DNA from: an uncultured Pseudomonadales bacterium
GTDB lineage: Bacteria; Pseudomonadota; Gammaproteobacteria; Pseudomonadales; UBA7434
DNA: 64,000 nt
Direction: 5' to 3'
Assembly (NCBI GenBank): GCA_905478995.1
Contig: CAJQKT010000036.1
Location: 4,435 to 68,434 of the forward strand
In this document: in pieces, positions 30,136-38,363 of the stretch
Layout: each line of letters opens with the position of its first letter
Numbering within the stretch: the first letter of the stretch is position 1
Translations under genes and position numbers: made by a program
The notes under the pieces: model-generated
What the model saw: the letters and a program-made list of their open reading frames with translations, nothing else
Told to the model about the DNA's origin: nothing
Database searches by the model: none

Positions 30136-31749
30136 ATGGTGCCCACATCAGCAAAAACCACCCTTTCACAAGGCCGCATTAACGACAAAAGCATTGACTT
30201 TCTGTCGAACGAAGCGAGCGCCTCAAGCCTAAGAAATTTGCAGCGCGGCGTTGAAAAAGAAGGTTTGAGGGTTACTCCAGAGGGATTTCTGGCGCTATCA
30301 CCTCACCCTGAAGCACTAGGCTCAGCACTAACCAATAGTTGGATTACGACCGACTTCAGCGAGTCGCTACTTGAGTTCATTACGCCGGTGCACAAAACGA
30401 GTGGCGAGACGCTAGACTTTCTTAGCCAGGCACATGCCCTTGTAGCCCAGCGCATGCCGAGTGAGATCATGTGGGCGGCCAGCATGCCATGCGTTTTACC
30501 AACCGACGAAAAGATTCCATTGGCGCAATACGGCAACTCTAATATTGGCAAAATGAAAACAGCCTATCGGCGCGGTCTGGGGCATCGTTATGGTCGAGCC
30601 ATGCAAACGGTGGCGGGCATTCATTACAACTTTTCAATGCCGGATGAGTATTGGCTCCATGAAAAAGAGGCTGCAGGATTTGAACACGATAATAATAACC
30701 TATCGACAACCCACTATATAAATCAGCGCTATCTCGATTTAATTAGAAATTTTCGGCGCGATTATTGGTTGCTCATTTATCTGTTTGGGGCAGCGCCTTG
30801 CGTAGACCGTTCATTTGTCCAAGGGCGCAGCCACAACTTAGAAACACTATCGCCAAATGATCTTTATCTGCCCTACGCCACATCACTACGCATGGGTGAT
30901 TTGGGATATCAAAGCATCGCTCAGCAATCATTATTCATTTGCTATAACGATTTAGACAGTTACGTCGCGACGCTACACAACGCCATGCAAACTCCATATG
31001 CTGAATACAAAAAATATGGGGTTTCAGTCAACAATGAATATCAGCAGCTTTCGTCAAGTTTATTACAAATTGAAAATGAATTTTATTCTCCCATAAGACC
31101 CAAGCGCGCGACTGACTCGGGTGAAAAACCACTGCATGCGCTGCAAGATCGAGGCATTCAATACATAGAAGTGCGCTGCCTAGACATTAATCCCTTTACG
31201 CCCTTAGGTATTGATTCAACAACTAGCCATTTTATTGATGCTTTTTTAATAAGCTGCCTACTCAAATCAAGCCCGCAATGCACTGAAAAAGAGTTTAAGA
31301 CAATCTCGGAAAACCAAGCGCGCGTTGTCAATCGCGGCAGAGATCCCAGTCTAACTATTGTGGCAGATGGGTGCGAAGTGCCGCTGCGCGAGAGAGCGGC
31401 CACATTGATGAAAAGCATTACCGAGGTAGCAACGATCTTAGATCAAGCCAACAATACCTCTGCGTATTCTGAAAGTGTCGCTAAGCAAAATAATAAGATA
31501 TTAGATATTGCCAACACTCCATCCGCTCAACTACTTACGAGCATGAGAGATAGTGGCTCTTCATTTGTTGAATTCACATTAGCTCAATCGAAAATATTTA
31601 TGGAGCAACACCATAATCAAGCACTCAATAAAAAAACAACTGATCCATTAATTGCAGTAGCCGACGCCTCGCTGGCAAAGCAGGCCGTTATTGAAGACAG
31701 CGACAGCTTGATTTTTGATGAATTTTTGGCGAACTACTTTGCCTCGTAG
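30136..31749 (+). CDS. gshA: glutamate-cysteine ligase
   Basis: 537 aa with LQRGVEKEGLRV near the N-terminus. Length and collinearity fit proteobacterial GshA. Confidence 0.88.
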   Translation: MVPTSAKTTLSQGRINDKSIDFLSNEASASSLRNLQRGVEKEGLRVTPEGFLALSPHPEALGSALTNSWITTDFSESLLEFITPVHKTSGETLDFLSQAHALVAQRMPSEIMWAASMPCVLPTDEKIPLAQYGNSNIGKMKTAYRRGLGHRYGRAMQTVAGIHYNFSMPDEYWLHEKEAAGFEHDNNNLSTTHYINQRYLDLIRNFRRDYWLLIYLFGAAPCVDRSFVQGRSHNLETLSPNDLYLPYATSLRMGDLGYQSIAQQSLFICYNDLDSYVATLHNAMQTPYAEYKKYGVSVNNEYQQLSSSLLQIENEFYSPIRPKRATDSGEKPLHALQDRGIQYIEVRCLDINPFTPLGIDSTTSHFIDAFLISCLLKSSPQCTEKEFKTISENQARVVNRGRDPSLTIVADGCEVPLRERAATLMKSITEVATILDQANNTSAYSESVAKQNNKILDIANTPSAQLLTSMRDSGSSFVEFTLAQSKIFMEQHHNQALNKKTTDPLIAVADASLAKQAVIEDSDSLIFDEFLANYFAS

Positions 31750-31806
31750 CATTCCCCACCAAGAACATCTAACGCTAACATTCTTAATCACTGTTAATCG
31801 CTAATA

Positions 31807-32484
31807 ATGAATTTTTTGGCTCACTTTCATCTAGCCGGTACTGATCCAGGCTTTATTATTGGCGCATTGCTCGGAGATTTCACGAAAGGACCAATTAATT
31901 CGCGCTCGTTTCACAAAAACATCGCATTTAACTCATTACCCATGAATACAGTAAAAGGGGTGTGCTTACATCGCGCAGTAGATGCAGCGTTTGACCGCCG
32001 GGCGGCACTGAAAAAACTTTCCGCCCTAATGCCCAAAGAATCTCAGAGACTGCACGGCATCATTCTGGATCTTTTCTTTGACTATGTGCTGAGCCATCAT
32101 TGGGAGCGTTACTGTAACCAGCCACTACAAGATTTTGCGCAGACCATTACCCAAACACTGAGCGATAATCAGGGCTATTTTTGCACCAAATCGAGTGATT
32201 TTAGTCGCCGATTGATTGAGCACCAATTGCTCGAAAGATACGGTGAAAGGAGCTTGATCTATGCAATTGCCGAACGGCTTGGGCAAAGACTTGGACAAAA
32301 AAAATTAATGATGCAATCAATAGAAGAGCTTTGGGCCCATGAAAAGCAATGTATACCGTATTTTTTTGAAATCTATGCTGAAATGCAAATCATAGCTAAT
32401 GATCGCCGCGAGAAACTACTGGCAGACGAACCCAGTTCTATCTCAACGGTGTGCCACAAAGCCAGTAAACAAAATATCTTCTAG
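31807..32484 (+). CDS. acpH: acyl carrier protein phosphodiesterase
   Basis: The N-terminus MNFLAHFHLA and GALLGDF are AcpH hallmarks. At 225 aa it is somewhat longer than the E. coli protein. Confidence 0.8.
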   Translation: MNFLAHFHLAGTDPGFIIGALLGDFTKGPINSRSFHKNIAFNSLPMNTVKGVCLHRAVDAAFDRRAALKKLSALMPKESQRLHGIILDLFFDYVLSHHWERYCNQPLQDFAQTITQTLSDNQGYFCTKSSDFSRRLIEHQLLERYGERSLIYAIAERLGQRLGQKKLMMQSIEELWAHEKQCIPYFFEIYAEMQIIANDRREKLLADEPSSISTVCHKASKQNIF

Positions 32485-32928
32485 GTAGCTGGTAACATCC
32501 TCTTCTTCAAGGATTTTACTCACCTGTGCCAGTGCTTCAAGACGCAATACATCCTTACCTTCGGCGCTTCCTATGCTAGTCCTGCTTTGTATTGCAAACA
32601 GTTGCAGTAAAGTGTCTTGTATATAAGGCATATGATGCAGTGCTTGTGATTCGCCGGCTGCGCCTAAAACTCGCAGCGTAACCTCTACCTTCATATAACT
32701 CAGCCGATCAGGATTGCCGTAGTTAGTGACAAACGGAGGGGCAATTTCCACATATCTCGATTGCGGCGCATCTTTATCTTCATCTTCTTCAACCTCGGCA
32801 CTATCTGCGGCAAACGCCCACACTGGCAAGATAAATAGCGTGACCAGTAAGCTTAAAAAGAATGAGCGTACAAGAAATGGTTGTCGCTGTTTGTACTCAG
32901 CATAGATCATGGCGCAGATTCTCAACAT
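32443..32928 (-). CDS. FliL-like protein outside any flagellar cluster in this window
   Basis: One TM segment, then YVEIAPPFVTNY, SYMKVEVTLRV and the C-terminal ILFTGFVA, matching the FliL family pattern. The start is M1 (32928) or M7 (32910). Its 3' end overlaps acpH by 42 nt. Confidence 0.6.
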   Translation of the reverse strand: MLRICAMIYAEYKQRQPFLVRSFFLSLLVTLFILPVWAFAADSAEVEEDEDKDAPQSRYVEIAPPFVTNYGNPDRLSYMKVEVTLRVLGAAGESQALHHMPYIQDTLLQLFAIQSRTSIGSAEGKDVLRLEALAQVSKILEEEDVTSYLEDILFTGFVAHR

Positions 32929-33090
32929 TCGTTTAGGTTCGACTAATGGAAGGGTGCAGAGCTAAAGTAACACATGCAAATGATAGCCGCTTAGTACTGG
33001 ACTGCTTACCTGCCACTTAAACAGCGGAGCAATTCGCTGGTATACTTAGTTTAAACCAATAGCAACTGTAGATTAAAGGCAGCAACACAC

Positions 33091-33603
33091 ATGGTGCAAT
33101 TTATCTTTTCGCCGCCGTTCATTCGATTAGCCATTTTCTTTAGCGTGGCAGGGCTCCTTGGGTTTGGCTATTATCTCGAATTTATTAAAGGGCTTGAGCC
33201 CTGCCCTCTGTGTATTACACAACGCTTCTTTTTACTCGTTTCGGGTTTACTAGGGCTGTTGGCCGCCATCCACAAACCCGCCCAGACTGGGACATGGATC
33301 TATGCCGGTGTTGGTACCCTTACTGCAATCGCAGGCGGTTTTTTTTCCGGTAGGCAGCTCTACTTGCAAAGCTTGCCCGCCGATCAAGTCCCTGCGTGCG
33401 GACCCAGCCTTGAGTTCATCCTAGAGACCTTTCCGTTGAGTGAGGCGATAAGTATTTTGCTCCGTGGAGACGGTAATTGTGCTGAGGTCGCTTGGACATT
33501 CATGGGACTGAGTATCCCAGGATGGACTTTAGTGGTATTTGTAGGCTTTGCAATCGGCTGGATATTACAAGCTTTAGTGCCAGCCAACTCTCACCAAGCT
33601 TAG
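33091..33603 (+). CDS. dsbB: disulfide bond formation protein B
   Basis: 170 aa with four TM segments, a first loop CPLCITQR, and second-loop cysteines (PACGP ... GNCAEV). Confidence 0.88.
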   Translation: MVQFIFSPPFIRLAIFFSVAGLLGFGYYLEFIKGLEPCPLCITQRFFLLVSGLLGLLAAIHKPAQTGTWIYAGVGTLTAIAGGFFSGRQLYLQSLPADQVPACGPSLEFILETFPLSEAISILLRGDGNCAEVAWTFMGLSIPGWTLVVFVGFAIGWILQALVPANSHQA

Positions 33604-34046
33604 AGACAAATTCTAATCATCCATAGAGCCTTAGCAGCAGGTTATTTGGGGTCAGTGATCGCTTACATACTTTGGTTGATGCCCACTAATTAGCTGTGTG
33701 AAACTAGCAATAACACAGGTGCTTACTCCTCACCAAAAAAACGAACCATAGCCAAAAATATCAATAAAAACATATAGATGCCGCGACTACCTATAAAAAG
33801 GTTAAATTGTGACGTTTATCGAACTTGTGCAGATCGAAGTGAGTTCCTAGACTCTTTAAGAGGTCAGCCAGATGTCCTTAGGCACAACAAAGCTCACAAA
33901 CTTGCTGTAAGTGGTACGTACATCACAATACGGAGCGAGCAAGAAAAATCTTTTGAGCTAGGCTTAAGCCATCGGGTTTAAAAATTCGAACCATAGACAA
34001 AAAAACAAAACATCATTACAACAAAAGACACAGTAGGGTGGGAATC

Positions 34047-34535
34047 ATGTTAGAGCATTGTAAGAATACGTTTGAAAGATGGGGCGGCGTTTCAAGAATC
34101 ATTGATGGCTGGCTACAACAACGGCAAGAGCTGATTGTAGAGTTTTGCACTGTAAGCGGTGTACATGAGCTGGCTGCGGATTCAAATCAAGATCACGACC
34201 AGGGCATGCATCATTTTTGCGAATTAATGGTCGACTATATATCAGCAGGTCATTTTGAAGTTTACGACCACTTGATTCAAGAAGCTGAAGAGTTTGGCGA
34301 CAACATGGCCCTTGAACTCGCTAAAAAGATCTATCCACAAATTAGCCAGACCACCGAGCACGCATTAAGCTTTAATGATGCACTCGAAGGGATGATTAAT
34401 CATGAACCCAATAGCCCTTCATTGGCGCATGAACTCTCGAAAATTGGCGAGACATTAGTCACGAGATTCGAGCTTGAAGATCAAATGGTTGAGCGGATGC
34501 ATGACTCACACAAAGACCTAGTGGCAAACGCTTAA
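34047..34535 (+). CDS. rsd: Rsd/AlgQ family anti-sigma-70 factor
   Basis: MLEHCKNTFERWGGVSRIIDGWLQQRQELIV parallels the Rsd N-terminus and the length fits. The dsbB-algQ adjacency resembles Pseudomonas. The ORF-track GTG start at 34038 is 3 codons longer. Confidence 0.8.
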   Translation: MLEHCKNTFERWGGVSRIIDGWLQQRQELIVEFCTVSGVHELAADSNQDHDQGMHHFCELMVDYISAGHFEVYDHLIQEAEEFGDNMALELAKKIYPQISQTTEHALSFNDALEGMINHEPNSPSLAHELSKIGETLVTRFELEDQMVERMHDSHKDLVANA

Positions 34536-34600
34536 AATTTGGGCCCAACACTAGAAAGCTTATAGATACTCTCCATCGGTAAGCTCTGAATAGACTGCTT

Positions 34601-34648
34601 GTACTGTGACATAAGCCTGCATCAATAGGGTGTAGGCTTATGTAGTAC
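34601..34648 (+). terminator. long stem-loop downstream of rsd (15 bp with a 3-nt bulge, no U tract)
   Basis: GTACT-gtg-ACATAAGCCT (34601-34618) pairs with AGGCTTATGT-AGTAC (34634-34648) around a 15-nt loop, starting 66 nt after the rsd stop. Confidence 0.35.
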
Positions 34649-34973
34649 ATCGCTGCAAAGGCACCATGGCAGTACCATCCATTAAGAATCTCTTAGCTCT
34701 AGATAAACAACATGCGACCAAACGCTCTCTGATCGAAGCCAATCTAACAACAGATCCGACTTGCGCCCAACCGTCGAATCACGTTACCGTCTTTCCAAGG
34801 CCCTTTCTTGTTTAATCTTGCTCGGCAATCGGTTCATGTTAAAAAAATATACCGCGCTTTATTACCCCAAATTTCGACCATTGCGGTCAATCGTATTCAT
34901 GAAACAACCGTTTCGCTTCCCCTATCACACGATAAGTCTGCGCAATACCAGCAAGTTCAATGGTCGCTTGCCA

Positions 34974-35933
34974 ATGGTGCTGGCGACCATCGTATTCTTA
35001 ATTAGCGCCTGCTCGGGCGGATCCCCCCCCAGCAAAAGCTATGAATATGCCGTGCAGGGTCTTTACAGCGCCGAACTCAGCGCTAATGGCGAGCACGCCA
35101 TCGTAGGCTCCATCAATCATGGCGGCAGCTTATGGGACGTTCTCACTAATGAGCGCCGATATAACTGGAACCACAAAAAAGGTGACTTTTCAAAGGTCAT
35201 AGCTTCTGCTTTTTCTCCTGAACTCCAATATGCAGTCACCGCCAAGCCTCAAACTATGGTGTTGTGGGACATTAATTCAGGCCAGGGATTAACATACTGG
35301 AAGGCTCCAAGCCAGATTCTCGATATAGCGTTACTGAGCAACGGTGACTTTGCGCTATTGGGCATGACTGACCATAGCGCCGCTCTATTCGACATCAAAA
35401 ATGGCGGAGTCAGACAAACCTTTTATCATGACGGGCCGGTCAATTCAGTTGCGTATCATGCCGACAGCAACACTATTTTAACCGGCTCCGATGACTACTC
35501 AGCGAGACTCTGGAATGTGGCTACAGGAGAGGAATTACATCGCTGGACGAACACACATGAAGTGCAACTAGTCGCATTTTCTGACGACGGCACCAAAGCA
35601 TTTACAATGGCCAAATACCACCGGGCAGCAATCTGGAACACAGATGACGGTAGCTTGATTAATCAACTACCGCTAAAAGCCTCTGCTATGCGACGCGGCC
35701 AACTTTTTACCGCAGCAGTATTTTCTAATGATTCAAGCTATTTGCTCACCGGCAATGGCAACCGGCTTATTCAATTGTGGGATGTTGAAAGCATGCGAGA
35801 AATCAAAAAGTGGACGACACCTCGACGCAATAGCGCCTCGCCAACCAGCGCCTCAATATTGGCGCTGGCATTTGGCACAAATGAAAGCTACTACGCGATC
35901 ACCTCGGACGGCTTTACTCATCAACTGCGCTAA
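34974..35933 (+). CDS. WD40/beta-propeller repeat lipoprotein
   Basis: The internal start gives MVLATIVFLISACSG, a lipobox. WD-like repeats follow (LTGSDDYSARLWNV, LLTGNGNRLIQLWDV). The 71 extra codons in the ORF-track start are unlikely to be coding. Confidence 0.7.
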   Translation: MVLATIVFLISACSGGSPPSKSYEYAVQGLYSAELSANGEHAIVGSINHGGSLWDVLTNERRYNWNHKKGDFSKVIASAFSPELQYAVTAKPQTMVLWDINSGQGLTYWKAPSQILDIALLSNGDFALLGMTDHSAALFDIKNGGVRQTFYHDGPVNSVAYHADSNTILTGSDDYSARLWNVATGEELHRWTNTHEVQLVAFSDDGTKAFTMAKYHRAAIWNTDDGSLINQLPLKASAMRRGQLFTAAVFSNDSSYLLTGNGNRLIQLWDVESMREIKKWTTPRRNSASPTSASILALAFGTNESYYAITSDGFTHQLR

Positions 35934-35962
35934 ACAACACAAGCGCGCCATCAACTCATTAG

Positions 35963-36682
35963 TTATTCAGTATCAGCAATACTAATAAGCTCAACATCAA
36001 ACACTAGGGCTGAATTAGGCAGAATTCGGCCACCCGCACCACGCTCGCCATAAGCCAATTCTGGGGGAATAACTAACTGCCACGTTGAACCTGCCGGCAT
36101 CATTTGCAGCGCCTCAGTCCACCCTGCTATCACGCCGCCCACAGGGAAAGTTGCCGGCTCACCACGCTCAATTGAACTATCGAACACTTCGCCATTAATA
36201 AGACGGCCTTCGTAGTGCACCGTCACAGTATCTTCAGCTGAGGGCTTATCGCCTTCCCCTGCAGTAACCACCTTATATTGCAAGCCACTTTCGGTCGTTA
36301 CCACGCCTTCGACTAACGCATTGGCTGCCAGGAACTTATCAGCATCTTCTTTATTGGTCGCCATCTCAATCTCGCGAGCCGCCATTTGTTTTTCTTGCGC
36401 CTGCTGCTGCATAATCTGGAGTACTGCCTGCATCTCCTCCTGCGTCATGCGCTGAACGCCCTCGGCGGCATCATAAAAACCGGCATTAAAGTAAGCTGGA
36501 TCATATTCAATATTTGCTGATGCCAAGCTGGCGCCCATGCTCTGACCCAAAGAATAACTTTGCTTTTGTTCGTCAGTTTCTGGAATTTCAGAGGCGCGAG
36601 GCAAGCCCTCTTGAGATTGATTACAGGCAGCTAAAAGACTAGACATAATGACAACAGAAATAGCTAAGCGTGGCGCTTTCAT
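35963..36682 (-). CDS. FKBP-type peptidyl-prolyl cis-trans isomerase (FkpA/FklB-like) lipoprotein
   Basis: 239 aa with signal sequence and lipobox SSLLAAC, an N-terminal dimerisation helix region, and a C-terminal FKBP domain (VTVHYEGRLINGEVFDSS ... LVFDVELI). Confidence 0.88.
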   Translation of the reverse strand: MKAPRLAISVVIMSSLLAACNQSQEGLPRASEIPETDEQKQSYSLGQSMGASLASANIEYDPAYFNAGFYDAAEGVQRMTQEEMQAVLQIMQQQAQEKQMAAREIEMATNKEDADKFLAANALVEGVVTTESGLQYKVVTAGEGDKPSAEDTVTVHYEGRLINGEVFDSSIERGEPATFPVGGVIAGWTEALQMMPAGSTWQLVIPPELAYGERGAGGRILPNSALVFDVELISIADTE

Positions 36683-37032
36683 AGAGTAAACCCTAAGTAA
36701 TTGTTAAAGTGAGTTTGGACATACCAATCGATTAGTAATCGTAGCGACTCCGCTTGTATTTGTCGAGCATACAATGCCGGCACCGGTTTCATTTCCCCCC
36801 ATTTAAATGTTGGCGTACCTAGACCATACGACCACCATTGACTGGCAACAATGCAAGGCTCTCGACAAAACCGCACCATTAAAACCACAGGGGTGTTGCA
36901 CCGAGCGCACAGCCAGTACAATGCGATTTGCAAGTAACTAACAGCCCGCGCTGGATGATCATAATGCTCACGGGCCTCAGCATAGGTCGCGAGCACAAAG
37001 CTTTCACCAGCGGCCCTAAGGATACAACTCTG

Positions 37033-38076
37033 ATGCTTGACCATGTTAAAGATTACTACGGGAAAACCCTGCAAAGCTCAGCCGACCTACAAACTGATGC
37101 ATGCTGCACCCTAGACGCACCGCCGCAACATTTGCAGACAGTATTTGCCCAACTTCATGAAGAGGTCGTCAACCGTTATTACGGTTGTGGATTAGTCGCA
37201 CCGGATGCGCTGCAAGGCTTGCGCATATTGGACCTTGGTAGTGGATCTGGGCGCGATGTCTATGCGCTGTCTGCCCTAGTGGGCGAACGCGGGAGTGTTG
37301 TAGGTGTTGACATGACAGACGAACAATTAGCCGTGGCTCGGGAATATCGCGACTTCCATGCCAAGGCCTTTGGTTATGCCGCAAGCAATGTAGAATTTCA
37401 CAAAGGCTATATTGAAAAGCTTGACGAACTTGGCTTTGAAGACAACAGCTTTGATTTAATTGTATCCAACTGTGTGATCAATTTATCGTCTGATAAAGAT
37501 GCCGTACTTCAACAAACGCATCGTTTGTTAAAACCAGGCGGCGAAATGTATTTTTCTGACGTTTACTCCGACCGTAGAGTCCCGCAAGCACTAGTGGACA
37601 ACGAATTGCTTTATGGCGAATGTCTCAGCGGTGCGCTGTATTGGAACGATTTTATCAATACAGCAAAACGCAACGGCTTTGCTGATCCACGGTTAGTGGA
37701 AGACCGACCACTAAGCATTGACAACGAAGCGATCAAAAAGCTCGTTGGGCCAATCAATTTTTATTCAGCCACCTATCGCCTATTCAAAATAGATTCGCTG
37801 GAAAATAGCCAAGAAAATTACGCGCACACAGCATGCTACAAAGGCGGTGTTGAAAATAACCCAGAACGAATTATTTTCGACAAGCAATTTTCTTTTGAAA
37901 AAAACCAGCCTACTGCTATATGCAGCAATACTTTTAAAATGCTTAGCGAGTCACGCTTCAAAGATCATTTTGAGTTCAATGCTGGCGATTGCGCGCACGT
38001 AGGTTTATTTGCCACCAACAGCACGGCCACACTTCCATTCGATGTGCAAAAAAAGCCGACAAGCGGCTGTTGCTAA
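37033..38076 (+). CDS. arsM: arsenite S-adenosylmethionine methyltransferase-like (ArsM family)
   Basis: MLDHVKDYYGKTLQSSADLQTDACCT, YYGCG, LDLGSGSG, SNCVINLS and YGECLSGAL reproduce the ArsM SAM motif and conserved cysteine positions. Start taken at 37033, not 36928. Confidence 0.75.
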   Translation: MLDHVKDYYGKTLQSSADLQTDACCTLDAPPQHLQTVFAQLHEEVVNRYYGCGLVAPDALQGLRILDLGSGSGRDVYALSALVGERGSVVGVDMTDEQLAVAREYRDFHAKAFGYAASNVEFHKGYIEKLDELGFEDNSFDLIVSNCVINLSSDKDAVLQQTHRLLKPGGEMYFSDVYSDRRVPQALVDNELLYGECLSGALYWNDFINTAKRNGFADPRLVEDRPLSIDNEAIKKLVGPINFYSATYRLFKIDSLENSQENYAHTACYKGGVENNPERIIFDKQFSFEKNQPTAICSNTFKMLSESRFKDHFEFNAGDCAHVGLFATNSTATLPFDVQKKPTSGCC

Positions 38077-38144
38077 TCAGGACTGATGCGCAATATGCAT
38101 TAGCCGCAGCACCGACTTACATAACTAGTCGATAAGAGATAAAA

Positions 38145-38342
38145 ATGATGCGCGACCGACAAGTTGAATTGGAAACAAAAATTGCTTTTTTAGAACAGCA
38201 TATTAATGAGCTATCGGATGTTGTCTATGCCCAGCAAAAAACCATCGACTTATTAAATGGCGCTTTTAATAACTTAAAAGACCGGCTGAACATATCAACG
38301 AACGACGCTGCGCCAATCGATGAGAAGCCACCACACTACTAA
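38145..38342 (+). CDS. slyX: SlyX family protein
   Basis: 65-aa coiled coil (ELETKIAFLEQHINELSDVVYAQQKTID), near an FKBP gene as in enterics. Confidence 0.8.
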   Translation: MMRDRQVELETKIAFLEQHINELSDVVYAQQKTIDLLNGAFNNLKDRLNISTNDAAPIDEKPPHY

Positions 38343-38363
38343 CTTAAAATACATGCCCGCCCA

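Noticed and set aside
33778-33981. 67-aa ORF in the dsbB-rsd spacer, bracketed by the A-rich direct repeats.
   Set aside because: It has no Shine-Dalgarno sequence and no recognisable fold or motif, and its composition is unlike the neighbouring genes. I treat the region as non-coding.
33985-33996. The minus strand reads GGTTCGAA, reminiscent of a tRNA T-loop, which raised the idea of a tRNA fragment or att site.
   Set aside because: No complementary T-stem, acceptor stem or anticodon arm can be drawn around it. The same core in the other repeat copy (33742-33750) also lacks tRNA structure.
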